Positions 54,169-64,000 of a stretch of 64,000 nucleotides of DNA are shown in pieces (the stretch's first letter is position 1; each line of letters opens with the position of its first letter). The notes beneath the pieces are model-generated. The model saw only the letters and a list, made by a program, of their open reading frames with translations. It was not told the DNA's origin and ran no database searches. This DNA comes from the human T2T-CHM13v2.0 reference genome, Homo sapiens. The stretch lies in assembly GCF_009914755.1 (NCBI RefSeq), contig NC_060926.1, one strand, 5' to 3'. Made by a program: the position numbers and the translations under genes.

Positions 54169-54341
54169 CTGAAAAACAAAGGATATTTGAACGGTTCAGG
54201 GGAACTTCTTTGAATTTATTTAGGGCAGCATATATAGCTAAGGCATTAGTGCTGTTTTTAGAAAAATGCCTCAAAGAGATACTCAATTCAGTCAAAGTCT
54301 CGCACAGGATTCAAACTTTCATCCCCTATTTCAGGGACTGT

Positions 54342-54790
54342 GGCACAGTCCTCCTTTGTCCTTGGGGGATACTTTTCAAGACCCCCAGTAGCTGCCTGAA
54401 ATCATAGATGGCACTGAACCCTATACATACCATGTTCTTTCCTATACATATATACCTGTGATAAAGTTTAATTTATATATTAGGCACAGTAAGAGATTAA
54501 CAACAATAACTAATAAATAGAAAAATTATAACAAAACTGTAATAAAAGTTATGTGGATGTGGTTTCTGTCTCTCAAAATATCTTACTGTATGTTTTCACC
54601 CTTCATCTTGATAAAGAAGGGACAAAGGGGGATGGTGTGAGATTTCATCATGCTACTCAGAACAACATGCAATTTAAGACTTATGAATTGTTTGTTTCTG
54701 GAATCTTCCACTTCATATTTTCAGGCCATGGTTGACTGCAGGTAACTGAAATTATGGAAAGCAAAACCGTGGATAAGGGGGATTGCTGTG
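54342..54790. mobile_element. MER44/Tigger7-like DNA transposon fossil
   Basis: gggggatacttttcaagacccccag start and gcaaaaccgtggataaggggg end. Confidence 0.8.
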
Positions 54791-54969
54791 TAACCATACT
54801 TTGGGCTGCCAGCTGCCATTGCATAGATTCTGTTATATACACAGGAACACATTTCCAGTCTATACTGCTAGGTTGTGTCTGGAGAACACGAACTTCTGTA
54901 ATTAAAGCACTAACAAAAACAACAATAATTCTAAATAAAATACTAGCACAGTTAAAAAGATATATACTC

Positions 54970-55276
54970 TTTTTTTTTTTTTTTTTTTTTTTTTGAGACC
55001 GTGTCTGGCTCCATCACCCAGGCTGGAGTACAGTGACACAATCTCGGCTCACTGCAACCTCCGCCTCCCAGGCTCAAGTGATCCTCCCACCTCAGCCTCC
55101 TCAGTAGCTGAGACTACAGGCATGTGCCACCATACCCAGCTAATTTTTTTATTTTTTTGTAGAGATGGGGTTTACCATGTTGCCCAGGCTAGTTTCAAAC
55201 TCCTAGGCTCAACTGATCTGCCTGCCTCAGCCTCCCAAAGTGCTGGGATCACAGGCATGAGCCACTGCACCTGCCT
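54970..55276 (-). mobile_element. Alu (J/S)
   Basis: Poly-T of ~25 nt followed by reverse-complement dimeric Alu. Confidence 0.94.
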
Positions 55277-55782
55277 GTGAATTCTTATTTAAATTATTAA
55301 ACACAGAACTTTATTTAAATTTTTTAAAAGGTGACGTTAGGTGTAAGGAAGGGAGTGTAAAGAACGGATGAGGCTGTTTAATTTTGGAGCCAAAGGCAAA
55401 AATGCACAAGATTGAGAACTATGCAAGAAGTAATTCCAAGGCAGAGTCCATTGCCTACCTAAGCCAATAAGAAGAGTGATTGATAGTGACTGTGACCACA
55501 TACAGCACTGTATTTCTCTGCAGCTTGCTGAGTTCAGCTAGATCAGTGATGTTAGTGTTTAGCTGTTCTTTATTGGGACACAAAATATTAAGATGCTCAG
55601 AAAAGTGGCACACGAGCTGAAATGACTTCTGAGTTATACTGATGCCATTCTCCTCTTTACTAATTGGGTATGAGCTAATTTGTGTCATTAAAATATATTT
55701 TATAGTAGGACAAACTGTATCTTTCACTTACCTATCTTGAGAAGGATGTACTACTCTCTAGGACTTAGCTATGTTAGCACCT

Positions 55783-55940
55783 TGCTGTTCAAAGAGTAGC
55801 CTACCAATCACAGCATCAGCATCACCTAGGAGCTTATTAGAAAGTCAGAATATGGAGTCCCCTAGATCTACTGAATTAGAATCTGCACTTCAACAGGGTC
55901 AGCAGGCGATTGCATGAATGTGGAGGTCTGAGAAGCACTG
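55783..55940. mobile_element. MER5-like
   Basis: cagcatcagcatcacctaggagcttattagaaa...ctactgaattagaatctgca...tgagaagcactg. Confidence 0.8.
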
Positions 55941-56498
55941 CTGTTTTCCCCCGATCTTGGCATGACTGGACCACGCCTGTCTTAGACTTTCTTTGACCAC
56001 TCAATCTAAAGTGCCCATCCAGTTCTTGATGTCATCCCACTTTAATTCTGTAGCACCATTCTATATTAGTTTTCTTATCACTGTTTGATGTCTGTCTTGT
56101 TACTGTGCCCTTTCTTTTTGCAAAATCTTTGTTAGCAAATTCAAGAATCGGAAATATTTGCCTTGTCCTACACAAATAGATGCTTTTGTTGTCACTGTTT
56201 ATTTAAGTTGGCATGAAGTTTTAGTGTGCATGTGACAGATCCTAATGAATAAGTAAGATAGTCCTACTAAAAATCAGTGAGTTATTAAAAAATATTTATT
56301 TTTATTATTGTCTAACACAACTTTCCTCAGGCTGCAATTCAATCTAGCAGCCTCATTTGTGTTTTATTAAACAAATCTTGAAAAATAATAATATTGGGAT
56401 GGTAGATGAGCCCATGAAGATTAAGCATGTAAATGCTTACATTTTAAATGAGCAAAGCACTCTGGGTCACCCACGCTTGCATAAATCAAAGCACTTAC

Positions 56499-56597
56499 AT
56501 CACTAAGCTGTTTCGTGTTGAGCTGGGCTTGCAACAGTACAGGAGAATCAGTGACTGCCGTGAATTTGGTCTTATCTGGATGAACTTTGTAGGTATG
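56499..56597 (-). CDS. NEB: Nebulin exon 24 (99 nt)
   Basis: HTYKVHPDKTKFTAVTDSPVLLQAQLNTKQLSD; AG/GT boundaries. Confidence 0.96.
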
Positions 56598-57635
56598 CTA
56601 GAAAAGAAGATGTTCTTTAATGAAATATCAGTATATTCTTGGTTATACATGCGCTAACATAAAAAATGGTTCCAGGTCAAAACAGAGTTTATTTTGTTCC
56701 TGAAAACTTAGTTGATGCGTTTATATTCTCACTTCTCTGTCTGTCTCTCTCTCTCTCTCTCTTTTTCCTTTAATCCCCACTTCCCAAGTTGCCTCTGGTC
56801 TGCCTACAGCAACTCAGCAACCAGATTAACCTTACCCTGCTGAAGCCTTACACAGTGACTCTTTAGTCAACTTGGTACTCAGCTTCAACTGCACGTTGGC
56901 TTATGATCCCTACAGAATCCATCCCCTCCTTCATCTCCAACCATTTCACCTCTTACTACTGTCTTCCTCCCCAGTAAATTTCAGCCACCCCATCCTTTCA
57001 ATTCCTTAAATGCTGAGCTTGTTCTCTCCTTAGGCCGTTCTTCCCTGCTGCTGTTCCCCTGACCTTGGCCTGACTGGTCATGCCTGTTTTAGACCTTCCT
57101 TGACCACCCAACCTAAGACGCCCATCCAGTCACTGTCTCACACATTGTCCTATTTTAATTCTGTATCATCATCCTGTATTAGTTTCCTTATTATTGCTTG
57201 ATATCTTTCTTATTTCTGTGCTCCTTCCTTTGTTTATTACTTGTCTCCTCCACTCCAGTGGGAGCTCAAGAGGTGGCTGGCTTTTTCTCTGTCTTTCTCA
57301 GCACCAAGGAAAGTGCCTGGCCCAGCATGGCTTCTCACATAGAATTTGTTAAATAATGAACACTTATCTTAAATCTGCATGTCCTTCTTTTGCCCCAAAT
57401 TCGTGTAGATATAAACTAATGAAAATTAAGATTTATAAAAATCTGAAATTTTGTAGCAAATGGCCTTCCTCAACATAATTGTTGTGTTCCCCGGTTCCAC
57501 CCCAAAACCAAAATGTAAAATGTAATTATCTCCTTCTAATCACTAGATATTAGCATGTAAACTCCTGCTAAATTTACCACTAGATGTCACAGGAATCCCA
57601 AGCTCAATTTCAATAATTCAGGGCAGCTAACTTAC

Positions 57636-57740
57636 ATCTTTACACTGGTCCAGCTTCTTGATTGCTTCATATTCTTGTGTTATTGTCTGAGGGAAATAGC
57701 ATTTTCCTTTATCTTCTTCATATTCTGCTTTGTAACTTTT
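57636..57740 (-). CDS. NEB: Nebulin exon 23 (105 nt)
   Basis: KSYKAEYEEDKGKCYFPQTITQEYEAIKKLDQCKD; AG/GT boundaries. Confidence 0.96.
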
Positions 57741-57830
57741 CTATAATGAGAAAAACCAAAAATAGATCATGATTGTTATGGCTCTCAAACAATGTCACTG
57801 TGAGGCATGAACCATTGTCTTCAAACTTAC

Positions 57831-57938
57831 ATCACTGTTTTGAGCTGCAACTTTCATGCAGTGTGTGTGATATGGGTCCTCCATGCTGCCTACATAATGT
57901 CCCAAAACATCCTTTACATATAAGTCTTTATATCTAGC
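57831..57938 (-). CDS. NEB: Nebulin exon 22 (108 nt)
   Basis: ARYKDLYVKDVLGHYVGSMEDPYHTHCMKVAAQNSD; AG/GT boundaries. Confidence 0.96.
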
Positions 57939-58032
57939 CTGAAAAATAAAACAAATGTAATTCAAGTTAACAATCATTTGTCAAACAGTAGGAAAGCCCT
58001 CCTACCCGAAAGGTAACCGTGGCTTTTCGAAC

Positions 58033-58134
58033 CTCACTGAAGTTCTTCAGCTGAGTATCAAGTTGATATTTTGGGGTCTCACAGTAATTCATACTCTTTG
58101 CCTTTGTCTTCTCATAGTTTTCCTTGTATAATCT
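58033..58134 (-). CDS. NEB: Nebulin exon 21 (102 nt)
   Basis: RLYKENYEKTKAKSMNYCETPKYQLDTQLKNFSE; atypical donor GAG|GTTCGA. Confidence 0.9.
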
Positions 58135-58459
58135 CTGTTAAAGGAAAAATAAATTAAACCAAAAAGAAAGAAATATATATCTCATAAAGTAAAAGTCATT
58201 CATGTCTTTGCTGCACTTTAACTGAAGGGGCAAAATTTATGTTTTCTCACCATCAATTTTCCACAAAGCAGAAAAGCAGAATAGATGTGGTAGAGGCTCA
58301 TGCCTTATATAATCTCATCTGCTAATAATCATGAAGATGTTTATGTTACTTTTCCTAATATTTTTTCAGACTGAAAAACGCACACCAATGCTGTCTTTTT
58401 TTAAATAATTTTTTGTCTTAAAGTAATTCATTTGAATATGTTTAAAGAAAAATGAGTTT

Positions 58460-58770
<311 letters not shown>

Positions 58771-59009
58771 TTAAGAATTGATGCAAAATGAGGTAAAGGG
58801 TATAAGGTGAACCTTAGATAATTAAGCACAGTCCTGGAAGAGTATTCTGTTGAGCACTTGGTGAAAACGCATTTTGTAACACCTCCGGAAGCTGGCTATT
58901 AACATTAAGACCTAACAGTTTTCTTTAGAGCAATAATAAATGAAAATATTACTTGTCTGTATTTCTTTTCTGCTAGGAATTAGGAAAGCAATTTCTGTGA
59001 AGAGTTTTA

Positions 59010-59561
59010 TCTTATTTTTTATTTTTTTGTTTGATTTCCAACTTTTATTTTAAGTTCAGGTGTACATGTGCAGGATTGTGGGTTTGTTACATAGGGAAGC
59101 GTGTGCCATGGTGGTTTGCTGCACAGATCATCCTGTCACCTAGGAATTAAGCCCAGTATCCATTAGCTATTCTTCCTGATGTTCTCCCGCCTCCCCCACC
59201 CCCAGCCTCCAACAGTGTGTGTTGCACCCCCCATGTATCCATGTGTTCTCAACATTCAACTCCCACTTGTAAGTAAGAACATGAGGTATTTGATTTTCTG
59301 TTCCTGCGTTAGTTTGCTGAGGATAATGGCTTCCAGCTCCATCCATGTCCCTGCAAAGGACATGATCTGATTCCATTTTATGGCTGCACAGTATTCCATG
59401 GTCTATCTGTACCACATTTTCTTTATACAATCTATCGTTGTTGATTCCTTGTCTTTGCTATTGTGAATAGTGCTGCAATGAATATATGTGTTCATATATA
59501 TTTATAATAGAATGATTTATATTCCTTTGGGTATATGCCCAGTAATGGGATTGCTGGGTCA
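59010..59561 (-). mobile_element. L1PA/L1PB 3' end
   Basis: ttttaagttcaggtgtacatgtgcagg...cccagtaatgggattgctgggtca. Confidence 0.92.
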
Positions 59562-60094
59562 TATTTTATTTTTAATAAGTATGTTAAAGTCTTTAAAATA
59601 AGATCAATATTCTATAAATTTCTTAAAATAAAATGCTTTGCTTTTGAGTTTATGCCTTATGTAGTTTTTCTTACTTTGCCCTTAAATTAATTTCTTTACT
59701 TCTTTTCATTTTCCTATATATATATTTTTGCAAACTACCTTAATCAGTTCAGGGCATTGGGTGAATATATACATGCACATGTACCTATACTTATGTATAT
59801 TAAGCTCGTTTCTAGGAAAAATAATAAAAACAATGATATTGGCAGAATATTTTTCCTCCTAATAAAACAGAGGGCATTAAGGAGATTAAGGAAAATTTGC
59901 AGTATTCACTGGCATCAAAGGCATCAACAAGAATAAGGAAGTTCATCTTCCTTTAGCACCTGGGTGAAGCTTTCATGTGTGATTTGTCATCTTGAATCCA
60001 AGATTTCAGTTAGGCTAACGTCCATCCAAGGTTATATTAAACAGCAACTTTGTGGCCACGTCTGAAAATAGGGGTGAATTACAAAGAAACTCAC

Positions 60095-60208
60095 ATCACT
60101 CTGGTTTTTGGCCACCTTCAAGGAGTGCAGCATCTTGGGATCGTCATTAATGCTGAGGACTCCAATCATTTTCCCTTTGTTTTTTTCATAGTCTTTCTTG
60201 TACATCAC
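60095..60208 (-). CDS. NEB: Nebulin exon 20 (114 nt)
   Basis: [38 protein letters not shown]; AG/GT boundaries. Confidence 0.96.
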
Positions 60209-60293
60209 CTGCAAAGACATCACACATGCCAGATTCCACTCAAGAGGAAATGTCCCCGAAGCCAGCCTGTCCAGGTCCCCAGGCCACACTCAC

Positions 60294-60401
60294 ATCGCTG
60301 GTGTTCTTGGTGTTGGCTTTGGCTGCCAGCAGGGGAATGGCATCCACTTTAATGTCAAACTTTTTGGCTTTGCTCTTCTCCCAGTCTTGCTTATAAAGAT
60401 T
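60294..60401 (-). CDS. NEB: Nebulin exon 19 (108 nt)
   Basis: [36 protein letters not shown]; AG/GT boundaries. Confidence 0.96.
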
Positions 60402-61349
60402 CTGGACAAAAAAATTCAGCAAAGGAATTGGCAAAAGTGATATGCATGTCACGACCTTTAAAGACTAATGGGTAACTAAATACCTTATCTTAATATAAAA
60501 TAAATGGGCCCTTTTTATTGTCTAGGAAATCATGCATATTTTAAATATTTCTTCTCAAGCTGGAGCTATTAATTCTCCAAGATTGGGCTTCTCTACTCCC
60601 CATGAGAATTTTTTATCAAATTAATTTAATTCTAGCTATTATACTCATATTTGATTCCTAACACTGAATGTTTTATAGAGTAGCACATATATTCTACAGT
60701 TAACTTACTTTTTTATGATATAAAGGCATCACTTTCATTTGACCTTTAAGTTCTCTGCAAAGGTTATTTCATAAATCATTACAATACTCAGTGATGCCAG
60801 ATAATCTTAGTACTCATTTATAGAATTATTGAAGAAATTGAGAACCCCAAGGATAATTTAACTTTTCTATAAAATTAAGTTTGAAAAATGAAGGATAGAA
60901 ATGGGTATCTGGACTTCTGCCCTTTCAATCCCCTATATCTTTATTCATGCAAGTTCTCATATATGTAGAAATAAGTATCATTTGTGTGAAATAAGGGACA
61001 TTATAGGCCCAGGGAATAAATGAATTATATATAATTTAAATGAATATATGGCTAAAAGATCTACCATTAAAATTTGCAATTAAGCATACATGAGACGTAG
61101 CATTCTGAGGGCTGGTTACAATACTATATATTACGATTATCTAATTGTATGAAATTACTTATAAGATTGCTACACATATTTTGTAAGGTGAATTCAGTTA
61201 TACTGGCAGAGGCATAGCAACATGATACAAATGTTAACAGTTCTTCTCATTTTTAACATTAATCTATTCATTGAATTGCAACAAAGCAGTTCAAACATAA
61301 AAGCACAGGTTGTCAGTACATCACATGGTACAGGGCATAAGGAACTTAC

Positions 61350-61454
61350 ATCACTCAAGTTATAGGCATTGACTTTGTGCTGGATAAAAGCAGGAGTATC
61401 AGGGGGGATATGGCACTTGAACTTTTCACTTTCATGTTTTGCTTTGTAATTTAA
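61350..61454 (-). CDS. NEB: Nebulin exon 18 (105 nt)
   Basis: LNYKAKHESEKFKCHIPPDTPAFIQHKVNAYNLSD; AG/GT boundaries. Confidence 0.96.
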
Positions 61455-62408
61455 CTATGACAGAGAGAGAACCAATTAGTTCAGAAGAATTGTTCCAGAA
61501 TACAAAAATTCTTGTGTGGTACATTTTGTAAAGTTAGTGACAGCATTATTGAGATCAGAAGAGACATCTAGAGCTTGGGTAGGCCATCTGCATTACTGAA
61601 CCTGTGTGCAGGACACTTGGCAGCTATTATCACATCTGTCACCATGGTAGGACCCTAAGGGAATGAGGTGGCTCTGTCAAACATGTTCCCCTCCCTGCGT
61701 AGCACAATTGTCCCTGCAGGTTCTGAGAGGGGCCCCGCCCTGTCTCTCTTGTCACTGTCAGTGCTCACGTACCAGAGCCACTTTCCTTTCATCTGATTAA
61801 GAGTCCTCTCACAGACATCAGGGCTTTTGATGCTCTAATTGGAGCCTTCATTTCTGGCCATTCATCTATTGAGGTCACTTTTATTTTTTTAGTTCAACAC
61901 AGCTTTGGAAATCCACACTTAAAGCTCATATAATAAAATTTGTCTCAGAGATTCCAATTTCCAGAAACTTACTAGGGAGAGAGAAATTCATGTACTGAAT
62001 ACCTGCTGTTGGCCAGGGTATGTGCAGTGCATATTTCTTCCTTCACTTACTCTTCAAAACAGCCACAAATTATAAAATGGAAATATCAGGCAGAGGGGGG
62101 TTAAATCTTTGGCCACCCAGACATCAATGACAGAGCTAACATTTGAATGCGGTTTTGTTTGACTCTAGAACTCATGTTCTTTCCATTGCTTTAAGCTACA
62201 TTTGTTTCCTTCACAGAATTGTTTCACTGTAAATTTTATCCACCCAAGAAAATGCAGAAATATATTTTTATACAAATGTATACTGTTTAAACTTGCTAAT
62301 ACTTACTTAGCCTTTTGAATAAACTTGATAAGTCATTGGATTTTATGTATAGAGTTATGAAATGTTATCCCTCATAATTGGGTGTCCTGAGTAGTTAGAG
62401 GAACTTAC

Positions 62409-62507
62409 GTCACTCAGTTGTTTGGAATTGACTTGGGCTTGTAGCAGAACAGGAGAGTCTGTAACTTGGGTGAATTTTGTCTTATCTGGATGGACTTTGT
62501 AGGTGTG
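62409..62507 (-). CDS. NEB: Nebulin exon 17 (99 nt)
   Basis: HTYKVHPDKTKFTQVTDSPVLLQAQVNSKQLSD; AG/GT boundaries. Confidence 0.96.
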
Positions 62508-62919
62508 CTGTGGGGAAGCAAAGGCATTTGGTTTAGTAGTATCACCTGTCAGATCCAAGGTGGCCCACAGGCCAAGCAAATAGAACCTCATGCCCCACAA
62601 AGCAATGAAACTTGTAGTTAATAAAATATATTTTTTTCTAACTAGACTGTAGTTTGAGAGGTGCTCTTATATCTGTATGAGAAACTTTCCTATATCTTCG
62701 GGTTTCCAATAACTCTTCTTTGGGAAAATGAGCTAGAATTACCTCTTAAAATGTAGGGATGTCAACAAGGGAAAATAGGATGTTTACTACAAAATAGACT
62801 TCATTTCTTGCGATTGCCTGGCTTACATTTATTTGTAAAAGTGGCAACATTTTAAACATATCCTGACCACTAGATGCTATGGAAGGCAGTCACATTCAAA
62901 GTTCAGACTACAGACTTAC

Positions 62920-63024
62920 GTCTTTACACTGATCTAGTTTCTTAATTGCTTCATATTCTTGAGTTATGGTCTGAGGGAAGAAGCCTTTGCCTCTGTCTTC
63001 TTCGTATTCTGCTTTGTAGTTTTT
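62920..63024 (-). CDS. NEB: Nebulin exon 16 (105 nt)
   Basis: KNYKAEYEEDRGKGFFPQTITQEYEAIKKLDQCKD; AG/GT boundaries. Confidence 0.96.
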
Positions 63025-63121
63025 CTATGAGGAGAAGAAATTAGGCATAAGATGCAGCCATTGTATTCATGCCCTGAGAAAAATGTTATTTGGAAAGTCA
63101 AACAATTGTCTTAGAACTTAC

Positions 63122-63229
63122 ATCACTGTTTTGAGCTGTGACTTTCATGCAGTGTGAATGGTATGGATCCTCGAAGCTGCCTACATAATGTCCCAAAATA
63201 TCTTTTAAGTAGGAATCTTTATATTTTTT
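63122..63229 (-). CDS. NEB: Nebulin exon 15 (108 nt)
   Basis: KKYKDSYLKDILGHYVGSFEDPYHSHCMKVTAQNSD; AG/GT boundaries. Confidence 0.96.
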
Positions 63230-63315
63230 CTGCAAGACAAAACATACTTCATTTATTAATTGGTGAAATAATGGGTTCTTTTTTTAACAGAAAGAGTGAC
63301 AGTAGGATTGCTTAC

Positions 63316-63420
63316 ATCACTACTGAAGTTCTGCAGAACAGTATCGAGCTTGAATTTGGGGGTCTCGCAGTAATTTATGCTCTTTGCTTTTGTCTTTTCA
63401 TAGTTTTCCTTGTATAGTTT
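63316..63420 (-). CDS. NEB: Nebulin exon 14 (105 nt)
   Basis: KLYKENYEKTKAKSINYCETPKFKLDTVLQNFSSD; AG/GT boundaries. Confidence 0.96.
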
Positions 63421-63556
63421 CTGTCAAAGAAAAAAAATTCAGTTAAAGTAGATTCCTGTCACTCCCACGCTGATTATAACACTTACATTTTCTAACACTA
63501 AACAAAAGATGAAGAAAAGATATCGCCTGTCAACTGTCTTAAAAACTGACAATTGA

Positions 63557-63930
<374 letters not shown>

Positions 63931-64000
63931 TTAGCAATTATTATAAGGCCTAAGTTTCATACATTCCAAACTCAAAAAAATTTTTTTTCTTTCTTTTTTT

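Overview
This window is an internal 64 kb segment of the human (primate) nebulin gene NEB, transcribed on the minus strand. I mapped 51 GT-AG coding exons by hand. All are phase 0 and together give 7,950 nt (2,650 codons, 76 nebulin SDxxYK modules, about 11 super-repeats). They correspond to exons 14-64. That numbering is inferred from the 105-nt R...D exon at 11904-12008, whose flanking-intron geometry reproduces the known 2,502-bp exon 55 deletion as I recall it. The introns hold ordinary Alu, L1, L2, MIR and DNA-transposon fossils. I found no new gene or novel system. The most interesting signals are: two gene-conversion-like tracts (exon 57/61; exons 19-20/26-27 including their intron), a 250-bp intronic duplicate containing one exon-55 deletion breakpoint, an 85-nt near-perfect intronic hairpin, an AluY remodelled into a quasi-palindrome, and inverted Alus around stop-free phase-0 exon blocks. 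One of those blocks is exactly one super-repeat, which would make an endless-ORF circRNA if back-spliced.
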